Shown piece after piece: positions 35,701 to 48,624 of a DNA stretch of 64,000 nucleotides. Source of the stretch: Mustelus asterias. Taxonomy: Eukaryota. The DNA is taken from contig NW_027591413.1 of assembly GCF_964213995.1 (NCBI RefSeq), positions 1 through 64,000 on the forward strand, read 5' to 3'. Each line of letters starts with the position of its first letter. Within the stretch, counting starts at the first letter, position 1. A program made the translations under genes and the position numbers. The notes beneath the pieces are model-generated. The model was not told the origin of the DNA. It saw only the letters and a program-made list of their open reading frames with translations, and did not search any database.

Positions 35701-38700
35701 TGTACCACAAGGATCTGTTTTGGGGCCACTGCTGTTTGTCATTTTTATTAATGACCTGGATGAGGGCGTTGAAGGATGGATTAGTAAATTTGCGGCTGAC
35801 ACTAAAGTCGGTGGAGTTGTAGACAGTGCGGAGGGAAGTGGCAGGGTACAGAGGGACATCGATAAGCTGCAGGGCTGGGCTGACAGGTGGCAAATGGAGT
35901 TTAATGCGGAAAAGTGTGAGGTGATTCACTTTGGAAGGAGTAACAGGAATACAGAGTACTGGGATAATGGTGAGATACTTGGTAGTATGGATGAACAGAG
36001 AGATCTGGGTGTCCATGTGCATAGATCCCTGAAAGTTGGCACCCAGGTTGATAGGGTTGTTAAGAAGGTGTATGGTGTGTTAGCTTTTATTGGTAGAGTG
36101 ATTGAGTTTCGGAGCCAGGAGGTCATGCTGCAACTGTACAAAACTTTGGTGCGGCCGCATTTGGAGTATTGCATACAGTTCTGATATCCATCTTATAGGA
36201 AAGATGGGGAAGTGTTGGAAAGGGTGCAGAGGAGAATTACCAGGATGTTGCCTGGTATGGTGGGAAAATCGTATGAAGAAAGGCTGAGGGGCTTGAGGTT
36301 ATTTTCGTTAGAGAGAAGAAGGTTAAGAGGTGACTTAATAGAGGCATACAAGATGATCAGAGGGTTAGATAGAGTGGATAGTGAGAGCCTTTTTCCTCGG
36401 ATGGTGTTAGCTAGCAAGAGAGGACATAGCCTTAAATTGAGGGGTGAGAGAAATAGGACAGATATTAGAGGTAGTTTCTTTACTCAGAGAGTAGTAAGGG
36501 CGTGGAATGCATTGCCTGCAGCAGTACTGCACTCGTCAACATTAAGAGCATTCAAATGGTTATTGGATAAACAGATGGATAGAACATAGAACAGTACAGC
36601 ACAGAACAGGCCCTTCGGCCCACGATGTTGTGCCGAGCTTTATCTGAAACCAAGATCAAGCTATCCCACTCCCTATCATCCTGGTGTGCTCCATGTGCCT
36701 ATTCAATAACCGCTTAAATGTTCCTAAAGTGTCTGACTCCACTATCACTGCAGGCAGTCCATTCCACACCCCAACCACTCTCTGCGTAAAACACCTACCT
36801 CTGATATCCTTCCTATATCTCCCACCACGAACCCTATAGTTATGCCCCCTTGTAATAGCTCCATCCACCCGAGGAAATAGTCTTTGAACGTTCACTCTAT
36901 CTATCCCCTTCATCATTTTATAAACCTCTATTAAGTTTCCCCTCAGCCTCCTCCGCTCCAGAGAGAACAGCCCTAGCTCCCTCAACCTTTCCTCATAAGA
37001 CCTACCCTCCAAACCAGGCAGCATCCTGGTCAATCTCCTCTGCACTCTTCCAGCGCTTCCACATCCTTCTTATAGTGAGGTGACCAGAACTGCACACAAT
37101 ATTCCAAATGTGGCCTCACCAAGGTCCTGTACAGTTGCAGCATAACCCCACGGCTCTTAAACTCCAACCCCCTGTTAATAAAAGCTAACACACTATAGGC
37201 ATTCTTCACCACTCTATCCACTTGAGTGGCAAATGATATTGGAAGCGTGTAGATTAGATAGGCTTTAGATTGGTTCCACTGGTCGGCGCAACATCGAGGG
37301 CCGAAGAGCCTGTACTGCGCTCTAATGTTCTATGTTCTATTTTCTAACTCAACTGGTCTGGTCTGCCAGCATCTGTTGAGAAAGAATAGAGGAAACGTTT
37401 TGACTCTGGGTTATCCTTCTTCTAGGCTGTTCCCATGACAACAACATCAATTCGGACCTTCATTGTGTTGCTACCTCTCAAAGATAAGTTGCTAAATTCA
37501 TAATTTGATTTGTGAATTATTGAAGTCTGGATCAAACTTCAGGCCTATTCGCTTCTCACCATTCGCACTGCATGTGAAAATCGCCTGCAGTTTTCTGACT
37601 CACCTTGATTACCCGATTCGTATTATTTTAAATGTCCAGTTGAGAAAGAACGAATTTAATTTATATTTCTAATTATCTGTTGTTCCTCTGCCATGCCAGC
37701 AATAATTTAATTAGCTCAGAAATATATTTTTAACAATATATGGTTCGACTATCTGCAAATTCCACACTTATTTGGGAGCAGAGAGGAATGTGATTACTCA
37801 GGTCGAGGGCATAAGTGAGTAACGGGAGGACTGTGTTAATGCAGCAACTCACCAGGCGATGGTTTTGGCTTGTCTTGTCCACCGTCTGTGGAGCAATAAA
37901 GGGACTGAAAGAGCTTAAGCGAACAATGTAACATGTCAGGACAATGAAAAGCGAATATGGAGATGTGATCGATTGTATTATTCTGATCTCTCATTTATGG
38001 CTGTTGAGATGTATTGTGATTCCACATTAACTGTGGATTAGAAGTAGTGATCAAAGTTTGAACTGTTACTAGGCCCGTAAACAATCCACTGTGTTCATAC
38101 GAGATAATCGGTCTGATTTACCCATGAGTTCACAGGGCATCCGAAATTCAATAGATATCCTACTGCTGATTGGATTGTGCATTTCGATGTCCCGTTATGA
38201 TTATGACGTTCCAACAAGTGATGTCTGTAAACTCTGAGAATCAAAGTAATGTTCTTATCAAATGTACCATCTCAGTGCTAAACAATGAATCAAAATATAA
38301 TTCAAGCTATGTCCTCTCAGGGTGAATTTATTGTGGAAATTTCTGTTCGCGCTGTTTCAAAGGAGACAGATTTGAAACGGTATTATAAGTCTGTGAAATA
38401 TGACACTGTTTTATTTAATGATCGTTCGTAACGCCATTTCTGTGTCGCTCGTTAATGCAAAAGTTCTATTTTTGCATTATCTTCTAACGGCTGTATAATA
38501 TTTGAGATGTAATATCGGCTTCTCTCAATGTCCCACGGATACAATTTTCCATTTATCCTTAATACATGTTGATGGTTGACTTTATGTCAGGTTTCATCAC
38601 TTTCATTTCACAGCAACTTAACAGGTAGCCTGAAGGAGCGACTTGATCTGCTGTGCAGGTCGACAGCTCTCAAACTGGCCAATTGTCAGGGTCAGCAACT

Positions 38701-41327
38701 TTCCCTGTTCCCAATTCGTTCAAATTCGTCTAAGCATCATGCGAAGGGAAATGGGTTAGCTGTACAACGTTCGCTGTGATGGCTCAGGTCTCAGGAGGAA
38801 TAGTTTATTTAAGTTTTAAGTTTATTTATTAGTGTCACAAGTAGACTTATATTAACATTACAATGAAGTTACTGTGAAAGTCCCCTAGTCACCACATTCC
38901 GGCGCCTGTTTGTGTACACTGAGGGAGAAGTTAGCATGGCCAATGCACCGAATCAACATGTCTTTCGGATTGTGGGAGGAAACACTGAAATGTGAGCGTA
39001 TTGGTGCGTGGCAGTGAGGCTGTATGAAATCTGATGCTGGAAGTGAAACCACTTCCCACCACAAAAATACACACAACAACTCTCTCTCATACACAACCCC
39101 ACTCTATTCCTCTAACATGATACGTATATATATCTCCCACGCAATTACTCTCTGTCACAAACAATCTCTCGCACACGCACAATTCTTAAAAACAATCTGT
39201 CACATACTCTCGCGTTCACGCACAACGTCTCCCACACATGCACAATCAGTCTTTAGATTGGGGGAGTCTATTGGCAGGCAAATTGACGTCTGGTAAGTGG
39301 AAGTCTTTAAACAGTGTGTGAACAAGTGTTCAGGGTAAACACATTCCTTTTAGGGTGAAGAGCAAGGCTGGTAGAAATAGGGAACCCTGGATGACTTGGG
39401 ATATTGAGGCCCTGGTCAAGAAGCAAAAAGCATAGGCAACTGGGATCAACTGGATCCCTTGAATTGTATAGAGGGTGTTGGGGTAAACTTAAGAGAGAAA
39501 TCAGGAGAACAAAAAAGGGACACGAGATTGCTTTGGCAGATAACGTCAAGGGGAATCCATGGAGCTTCTACAAACACACAAAGTGCAAAAGAGTGACTGA
39601 GGAGTTAATAGGGCCTCTTAAGAATAAACAAGATCATCTATGTGCGGATCCACAAGAGATGGGTGAGATCCTAAATGAATATTTCTCATCAGTATTTGCT
39701 GCTGAGAAAGGCATGGATGTTAGGAAACTTGGGGAAATAAATAGGATGTCTTGCGGAGTGCAGATATTATAGAGAAGGAGGCAGTGTAGTCGATGACGTC
39801 GATATGGATTTTAACACGGCAATTGGCAGGGTACCGCATGGAAGGTTGTTGCATAAAATTTAATCTCAATGGATGCACGGTGAGGTAGCCAATTGGATAC
39901 AAAACGAACTCGATGACAGAAGGCAGTGGGTGATTGTACAAGATTGCTTTTCAAACTGGACGCCTGTGACCAGCGCTGTGCCTCCTGGATCTGTGCTGGG
40001 TCCACTGGCATATGTCATTTAAATTAATGATTTGGATGAGAATTTAGAAGGCATGGTTAGTACGTTTGCAGAAGGCAGTAAAATTGGTAGCACAGTTGAC
40101 AATGTAAAGGTTATTTAGGATTGCCACGTGCTCTTGAATAGCTGGGCCAATGGGATGATGAATGGCAGATTGAGTTTAATTTAGATAAATATGAGGTGAT
40201 GCATTTTCGCAGATCGAACCTGAGCAACATGTACCCAGAAAATTGAAGGGCGTTGAGAGAGTTATAGAACAAATATATCTCATGCCATATATCTCCTTGA
40301 AAGTGGAGTCACAGGTGGACAGAGTGATGAAGAAGGCACTCGGCATTCTTGGTTTCGTTGGTCAGAAAATTGAATGCAGAAGTTGGGACGTCTCATTGAA
40401 GTTGCACGAAACATTGGTAACGCCGCACATGTAATATGATGTCCAATTATAGTCACCCTATTATACAAAAAATACTATTAAGTTGGAAAGAATGCGAAGC
40501 AAATATAGTCTGTTGCTACCGGGAATTGATGGTTTGAGTTATTAACAGAGGGTGGATAGACTTTCCTTCCCTGGAGCAGTGGAGTCTTATATCAAAGCAT
40601 CCCTACAGTGCAGGAGGAGGCCATTTTGCCCATCGAGTCTGTACCCAACACAGTCCTACCCAGCCCCTATCCCTGTGACCCCAAGCATTGACAATGCCAG
40701 TCCCCCTGACGCTACGTGGCAGTTTACTATGTCCAATCAACCTAACCTGCACATCTTTGAACTGTGTGAGGAAACCTGAGCACCCAGGGGAAACACACAC
40801 AGGCACAGGGAGAATGTGCAAATTCCACACAGACACAAGCTGGGAATCCAACCCAGGTCCATGGCGCTATGAGGCAGCAATGCCAACCACTGTGCCACTG
40901 TGCCGCCCAGGGGTGTTCTAATAGAAGTCTCTAAAATAATGAGGGACATAGATGGTGTCGATAGTGAACATCTTTTCCCAAATGTAGGGGAGTCTGAAAG
41001 GAGAGGGCATAAGATTACGATGAGAGGGGAGAGATACAAAAGGGTCCAGAGGGTCGATTTTTCTCATAGAGGGCGGTGAGTGTCTGGAACGAACTGCCAG
41101 AGGTAGTTGTAGAGGCGGGTACAATTTTGTTTTTGAAAAACCATTTAGAAAGTTAGCTGGGTCAGAATGGTGTCCAGGTATATGGGCCAAATGCAGGCAG
41201 TTGGTACCAGGTTAATGGTTAAAAACTGGGCAGCGTGGACAAATTCGGCCAAATGGCCGTGCTGCAAAACACTTTGACTCTATTACTCTATGACATACAC
41301 ACAGGTGCACACGGACGCACGCGCGCG

Positions 41328-41366
<39 letters not shown>

Positions 41367-42886
41367 ACACATGGACAAACTCGCAAGAATAGTCAGGCTC
41401 TATTGCAGCTCCGTCACGTAATCCACCCACTATGAAAGCACCGTTAGCTGCTCCAGTAACGTCCGACCTCCGCCCTCCGCACCTGCTCCGAAGAACCCCC
41501 CATTCTTCTCCAGACACCAAGCAGCCAGCTACTCCCCCCACCCCCCATCCCCGACTGTCACTTTGACACTTCCCGTCGAAGTGACAAAGCCCAGCTTCGC
41601 GATTCACAAGCAAGTCCAAAGCAACTGATCCAAAATGAACAAATGGACAGTTTTTAGCACAGACACAGCAGTGCCTAGCACCAGAAACACGTTTGTGTAG
41701 CATTTCAGCCAAAAATATTATGTCTCCCAAAGGGAACTTCTGCACAAGGCAGCAAATAGATTACATCTGTTGGTCAATTGTATTTCTTGTTACATCAATG
41801 CGGTGTTTTATTCCTTTAACCTCTGTCTCCAGCTGAAAGAGAGGTTACAGGTGAAGTCATTCTGTTCTGAGGCTGGACTCTGTAAGAAAAAGCAGCAAAT
41901 GTTCCACAGGACCCTGATAGATCGCTGCCCCTGTTCTCAGTCTGAAATATGAGTTAATTGTGCCTCTCTTCCTTACAGTTAACTTACTGACGATTCTTAT
42001 CCTATCACGAGGAAGGTGTGGGCTTTCCAAATGTGTCACACGTTACCTAACTTCCATGTCAGCGGCAGATCTACTGGTCGTTATAATGGATCTCATATTG
42101 AGACACATTCCTATCCGTTTTCTTCATCAATTTCTGTTCATGGCTCACATTAGAGTGTGTAATATCCATGCTGTCCTACTTTACGCAATCACTGATTGTT
42201 CTGTCTGGTTCACTGTCGCTTTCACCTTTGATCGTTTCGTGGCCATTGCTTGTCAGAAACTGAAAATAAAACACTGCACCGAGAAAACGGCAGCTGTGGT
42301 TCTCGGAACAGTGAGTGTGGTGTTCAGTGTAAAGAACACTTTCTGGTACTTCATGTGTGGGGATACATATTATTTCGCAAATAATCCTTGGTTTTGTTTT
42401 GTACATTCTGATGTTGCAGAATCAGGTGTGTGGGCAGCAGTTGAAACTGTACACTATATTTTAACTCCATTTGTTCCATTCTTGTTGATTCTGCTGCTCA
42501 ATGTTATAACCGTTAAACACATTTTAGTGTCGAGCAAAGTCCGCAGGAGACTTCGGAGCCACAAGAGTGGGGGAAGTCAAAGTGACCCAGAGATAGAAAA
42601 GAGAAGGAAATCCATTATCTTACTGTTTGCAATATCGGGAAATTTCATCTTGTTATGGTCAGTGTTCCTCATCTATTCATTTTGTAGCCGATTGGAGCGT
42701 ATCAGATTAATTAGTACAATTTTGCCCGAATTTGTGCAGGAACTGGGATTTATGCTGCAACTCCTGAGTTGCTGCACCAACACATGCATTTATGCCGTGA
42801 CCCAGGCACAATTCAGAGAGGATCTGAAGAATGTGGTGAAACTTCCATTTACTGGAATTGTGCAGTTCATTAAAACAGTGATCTGA
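32701..42886 (+). CDS. GPR139-like class A GPCR, two exons (32701-32797 and 41979-42886), 334 aa
   Basis: Exon 1 MLWII..IYYPLLAAVGVT G|gtgag joins in phase 1 to ttacag|TT to give VNLLTILILSRGRCGLS; AADLLV (TM2), FTFDRFVAI (DRY-like), CCTNTCIY (NPxxY-like); open frame of 1005 nt; AATAAA at 42915. Confidence 0.9.
34158..37346 (+). mobile_element. CR1 LINE ORF2 (APE 3' part, RT, 3' tail), degraded, inside the GPCR intron
   Basis: GDFN..IDW, PTRGEATLDLV, VPEDWRIANV, YMDFSKAFDKVPH, PQGSVLGP motifs; (TGTTCTA)n tail; 26-bp tandem duplication at 34454-34505. Confidence 0.95.
36582..37232 (-). mobile_element. CR1 LINE 3' fragment nested antisense in the 3' end of the larger CR1
   Basis: LYRTLVRPHLEYCVQFWSPHY motif with its own tail; host sequence resumes near 37233. 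Confidence 0.9.
38810..38985 (-). mobile_element. V-SINE alternative-tail subfamily, 3' fragment
   Basis: Reverse complement of the tail seen at 14560-14656 and 31800-31915. Confidence 0.75.
39290..41292 (+). mobile_element. Degenerate, internally deleted CR1 LINE with nested minus-strand SINE (~40595-40890)
   Basis: KLKREIRRTKKGHE, EMGEILNEYFSSVF, decayed RT motifs and CR1 tail. Confidence 0.85.
41297..41372. repeat. (GC)n(AC)n microsatellite
   Basis: GCACGCGCGCGCGCGCGCGCACACACACAC.. Confidence 0.9.
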
Positions 42887-43169
42887 TAGTCAGTCATTAT
42901 AACTCACTTACCTGAATAAAACCATCTCGCAGTGGGGTCACTTTTCCATTCATCAACCAGACTTAGCGATGGAGACGGATTTAAAATTTGAAAAAGAATG
43001 TCCAAACATTTTAATCTGGATTTCAGTCAGGTAGACCCTCGCATTCAGCACGGACTGGACACATTGATTTCTAGAATCGATTCCCCTCTTCGTTTGGGAG
43101 GGGGACACTGGATGCAGCATTTTACATCAGCTCCAACCTACCTCCATGCTCCAAAAGAAAGAGAACTCT

Positions 43170-44570
43170 GTTTTGGCCTCAGTCCCATCAACGCGTCATC
43201 ATCCAGCCCAACTCCTCCCCCAAACAACTACCATCCAAACAATACCACACCCCCCAACATCCACACAAAATCCTCGCTATTCACCATGCACCCCAACGCA
43301 TCCCCTAGCCTCCTCCAATCCAACCCAACCTTGCACCTCCTACCATCCACTCGAGCTCCCCACCCTTCACCATCCACCCCAACCCCTGCCAAAAACTCCT
43401 ACCATCCAACCCATCCAGACACCATCCACCATTCATGCCATATCCACGCCCTCCTCCATCGAACCCAACTCTCCACCCTTCACCACCCAGCCCAACTCAT
43501 CCCCCAAACGCCCACCATCCAATGCAACCCCACGGCCTCCTACCATTCACTCCAACTCCCCACCCTTCTCTATCACCCCGAACTCCTCCACTCAACAGCC
43601 ATCATCCAACCCAATCGAACAAATCCAACCTTGCACTCCAACTCCACACCCTCCACACTACCCAGTCCACCTCTCTACCCTGCACTTTCCACCTCAACTC
43701 CTCCACTCAAAAGCCACAATCCAACCCAACACACACCTCACGCCATCTACTCCAACTCGACACTCTCCACCATCCACACCAACTCTTACACCAAACTCCC
43801 ACCATCAAACACAACCCCACACCTTCCACCATCCACTCCAAATCCTCACCATTCACCATCCACCCCAACTGCTCCACCAAGCCCCCATCATCCAACCTAA
43901 CCCCACACCTTTAACCAGCGCCTCCATCTCCACATCCTTCACCATCCACCCGAACCCGTCACCAAACTAGTACCATCCAACCCAACCACACACCATCCAC
44001 TCCAACTCCCCACAATTCACCATCCACCCCAATTCATCCCCCAAACTCCCAACATCCAACCGGACCCCACACCTCCCAACATCCACTCCACATTCCCACA
44101 CTTCACCATTCATCCTAACTGCTCCCGCAAACCCCCACCATCCAACCCAACCCCACAACTCCCATCATTCACTCGAACACCCCATCCATCACGATCCACC
44201 CCAACTCCTCCATGAAACTCCCACCATCCACGACAACCCCGCAAGTCCCACCATGCATTCCATCTTCCCACCCTTCACTATCCACCTTAACACCTCCCGG
44301 AATCACCCACCATTCAAACTCAAATCACACCTCCACCATCCGCTCCAAATCCCCAACATTCACCATCCTCTCCAACTCCTCCCACAAACCCCCACCATCC
44401 CACTCAACACCGCCCCTCCCACCATCCACTGCATCTCCCCACCATTCAGGCAACTCCTTCCCCAAACTCCCACCATTCTAATCAACAACAAACCTCCACC
44501 ATCCACTCCAACATCCCACTCTTTACCATCCACCCAACCCGAACCCTCCACCGCCGCCCCATCCCAACAC
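43170..44570. repeat. C/A-rich degenerate minisatellite (CCACCATCCACCCCAACTCC-type motifs)
   Basis: About 1.4 kb almost devoid of G on the plus strand; recurring CACCATCCA and CCCAAC motifs. Confidence 0.9.
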
Positions 44571-44829
44571 AGACTCCTGATGACTTTACACTTGGAAAAT
44601 TTAAGTTGATTATTTCTGCCTCTAATATTATACCGATAAGGTTTTCCAATTGAACGTTTGTGTCCGATTATAATTCAGCAAATACGATTTGAAGGCAGGG
44701 TTTTCAGAATGGAAATATTGTTCTCTTCTTTTCGACAATTCGAGCATTGGCAATGCAGTTGGTACAATTTGCTAACAATGCAAAGAAGTGGCCAGTAAAT
44801 CATTCGAAAACTCCCATGGAATTTCTAGC

Positions 44830-45563
44830 ATTATACAGTAAATGGCAGAACCCTTTCGTGTATTGGTAGGCAATGGGATGTGGGTGCGCAGGTCACTGAA
44901 AGTGGCAACGCAGGTGGAGAAGGTAGTCAAGAAGGCATATGGCATGCTTGCCTTCATCGGCCGTGGCATTGAGTTTAACAATTGGCAAGTAATGTTGCAG
45001 CTTTATATAACCTTAGTTAGGCCGCAGTTGGAACATAGTGTTCAATTCTGGTCGCCAGTCTGCCAGAAGAATATGGAGTCTTTGGAGAGGGTAAAGAAAA
45101 GATTTACCAGGATGTTGCCTGGTATGGGGGGCATTAGCTTTGAAGAGAGTTGGGAGAAACTTGGTTTGTTCCCACTGGAGCGACGGAGGTTGAGGTCTAC
45201 AAGACGATGAAAGGCATGGACAGAGTGGATAGTCAGAAGCATTTTTTCCCAGTGTGGGAGAGTCGATTACTAGGGGGCATAGGTTTAAGGTGCGAGGGGC
45301 AAGATTTAAAGAAGATGTACGAGGCAGATTTTTCCACACAGAGGGTGGTGAGTGCCTGGAACTCGCTGCCGGGGAGGTAGTGGAAGTGGATACAGTAGTG
45401 GCTTTTAAGGGGAGTCTTGACAAATACATAAATAGAATGGGAAGAGAGGGATATGGTCCCCGGGAAGGTGAGGGGCTTTAGTTAAGTTAGGTAGCATGGT
45501 CGGTGCAGGCTTGGAGGGCCTGTTCCTGTGCTGTAATTTTCTTTGTTCTTTTCTTTGTTCTAT
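44830..45563 (+). mobile_element. CR1 LINE 3' fragment
   Basis: SLKVATQVEKVVKKAYGML..LVRPQLEHSVQFWSP; (CTTTGTT) tail. Confidence 0.9.
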
Positions 45564-47136
45564 GTGTCAGAATGAGTTCGGGCACTAAATGTCCGAGGGT
45601 GGAAATTTCAAATAAGGAAACACATTTTTAACATACGCCGACCAGAATCGAGGCAGAACTGGACTGGATTTGAGATGGGACCTCGAACAAAAATGGCTCA
45701 AGTGTGGAAATCTGAGGGACAGTTTCATATCTGTACAACTATGATTAACAATATTTACCAAAGTCTTGGTGATAAAAACAGTGAATTCATAAAAGCAACG
45801 AGAATGGAATGTAATGAAATCATTACTTGCAAACATTCAATTCCATCAGTAGGAATGCAACTATCAATGAAAGTGATGAATTCACAACCCTCGGACAATA
45901 TTTCCCTTTAAATTCCACTTTCATAGATATGGATGTCAGTGCTTTCATTTCCCCCCCAAAATCTCCTCAGATCTGTTTCACTGTCGTACTGTTGAAGTGA
46001 TACAATATCCCCATCTGCTGGCGACCCACAGCTACTGCATGCGTTTGACGTCGTGCGTCTCAGTAACTCAATGCCTGCGCTTGGGAACCGGTTGCTGAAG
46101 TGTGAGTACTGAACAATATTACCAGCATTTTAAGCTTGCAACAGGAGTTCGGCTGGTGCATTCTCCCGTTTTATTAGCAAATACTTTACGGGAACTTTGT
46201 TCCTCATTCAGCCCGCGGGATACCACATGGAGATTGAAATTGGGGTTCTATCAAACTGTAATTTGTACATCTGGTGCAGCTATCAGACACTAACCCCGTT
46301 TAGAATGGGAGTGTGTAAACTTTTTTGCACTCCGTAATTCCTCTGCCAGACATTAATCTTACATACTGGAACATGCTAAAAAAAAATTTAAATTGCCCAA
46401 AACAATTGACCAAATTTCACTCTGATTCTATGAATATTGAAAACACAAACCTTTTATGGCATAGAGTTTATTTTTTCTTAATCTTTGCCGTCTTTATTCA
46501 CATTGTGTCCGTGCTTGACGAGAAAAGAAGAGAAAAGGTTACGGTGATGCAGCGTGAAGGGGGTTAGTCGCCACATTAATAGCCATCGACAGTAAAAGTG
46601 CTAAAAGACGTAGTTGAGCAAACAAGTCCTGCACACTGCTCGCTGCGGGACAGTACTCAAGGGCACAAAACTGGCTGCTAGTTCTCAGGCAGAAACATCA
46701 TAGATGTCAAACCTCACGGATTGTAAACCAATGTGAAGCTGCTTGGAGAACTAAATGATCTAAAGATAACATGGGGAGGGGACATGGTTTACGGCTTGAA
46801 CACACAGTCTTTATATTTATAGAGACAGCCCTAACCTGAGAGTATTCAGTAACAGCAGGAATCATTGACATGGGCGAGATAAGCGATCGCCCACGCTTCC
46901 TCTTAAAAACGTGCGGTAACTATTGTCCTGAGTAGTACTGACACCGAGTTAGAACATGACAAAAAGCACATTTATTCTGGAATCACTCGTGATCATAGTC
47001 AAGGGTTTGTTTTCCATCTGTTTCATCTCCGATTTTCGAGCTCTGGTTAAAGATCATTTTGTTGGAAGATCAACTTTGTCTCTCACGTCACAGGCGCTGA
47101 CAAAGCTCACTGTGATAGTGTGCAAACCAGTATGAT

Positions 47137-47208
47137 AAAACTGCCCGAAAATCGATTACGGGTCGCAACGGCGAAAACACTTAATCATAACCACTCGACC
47201 ACCAAGGT
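47137..47208 (-). pseudogene. tRNA-Glu-derived pseudogene
   Basis: Reverse complement CCTTGGTGGTCGAGTGGTTATGATT..TTTTCGCCGTTGCGACCCG..TCGATT. Confidence 0.6.
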
Positions 47209-48152
47209 AGCTGACATTCGCTGTTGCAATTAGCTGACTATCATGAGTTTACACACTGCCTCACTTCAGCTCACAAACACAATAGACCAGTTTTTCATGA
47301 TAAGTTTCATTGTTAGATACATCCAGACGCGAAACGGTAGTTCCCTTCTCGCTCCACCGCTGCTGTCAGACCTGCAGCCTTTATCCAGCAGTTTCCTTTT
47401 TTGGTTCAGATTTCAGCACTCAGAGTAATGTGTTTTTATCTACATACTGGAGGCTGTTTGTTTCCTGGATGAAGCGCCTGGAACTCGTTCGCATTCTCCG
47501 GATAATGTCAGCCATTTAGGACTGAGGTGAGGAGACATTTCTTCACTGAAAGGCTTGTGAATCCGTGTAACTCCATAAACCAGATGTCTGTGGATTCTCA
47601 GTCGAGGGAGATATCTGATGGATGAGGTGGAGAGATCGCGACACTTAAAGGAATGAAGGGCTATTGGGTCGGGTTGGAAATCGGTACTTAGTCTGTGGAC
47701 CCACCTTGAACTTATTCAGTGGTAGAGGAGGCTCAATGGGACATGTGATCCAATCCCACTCCATTGATTCTGTTGAATGGCAATCCAGATCTGTCAACAA
47801 ATGATTATGTCAGTAAGATTGATCACTGGCCTAAGGCACTGCAATCAAGCTGGCAGCTTTTTGGTAGACGTGGGTTCGTTTGTTAAAACCTTTGATTTTA
47901 TTTAAACTTCATGAAATACTTTCGATCGCACATTCCTTTTGGCTCAGACTTAATGCAATAGAATGTATGGTTGCCCAATTTGACAGGAGGGACCAGCAGA
48001 GGCAATGTAAATATAAATCGATGCGGGAAATTGACGTGGTTGTGCTAAGGGACGGATATTTTCTCCATGTTTTTGAAAATCCCCCGTGTCCTATCAGGAA
48101 GTTATTTCAGCTCCTCTTAATTCATGCCCCGTGCCGGAGAAATGAATTTTGA

Positions 48153-48223
48153 TTCCCTGACTGAAAAAGAACCCGGGCTGCGGCGGTAAAAGCGCTGAAA
48201 CCTAACCACTGGACTACCAAGGA
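48153..48223 (-). pseudogene. tRNA-Glu pseudogene
   Basis: Reverse complement TCCTTGGTAGTCCAGTGGTTAGGTTTCAGCGCTTTTACCGCCGCAGCCCGGGTTC..TCAGGGAA. Confidence 0.8.
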
Positions 48224-48624
48224 AGATGCTTGCAAGGATTTCAACCTCACCTATCAACCTCAGCATGTTTAAAGCACCTAAGACATGTTTGTCGGACAAA
48301 ATGCCATGTTGAGCTGGAACACCAACCCTCCTTCAGCTAAGGAGAGCACTGATTGGTCTCAGCTGCAGCATGAAATCGACACTGAGGTGAAATAATTATG
48401 GCAGGTTGACGAGGGATCGATTCCCTGTCAGGTAATGATCGTTTTTTGCTCTCGTGCAGCGCTGGGCTTCAGGGAAGCTGAAATTACTTCCTCAACGGTC
48501 CTGGTCCTTGTGCCAGTTTAAACAGCAGGGAGAATAACCAGACCCATTCTACAATCCCCTCAATTACCCTGTCAAAATGAGTAAGCTACCTTCTCCCGCA
48601 TTAAATTTCATTGTAACTCACTAC

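Noticed and set aside
34698-36589. Active reverse transcriptase gene
   Set aside because: CR1 ORF2 is broken by frameshifts, stops and a deletion, and the catalytic FADD reads FAAD
42998-44609. Long Pro/Thr/His/Ser-rich ORFs (300, 274 and 159 aa) resembling mucin or extensin
   Set aside because: Open in all three plus-strand frames because the C/A-rich repeat rarely forms stop codons; no signal peptide or splice context
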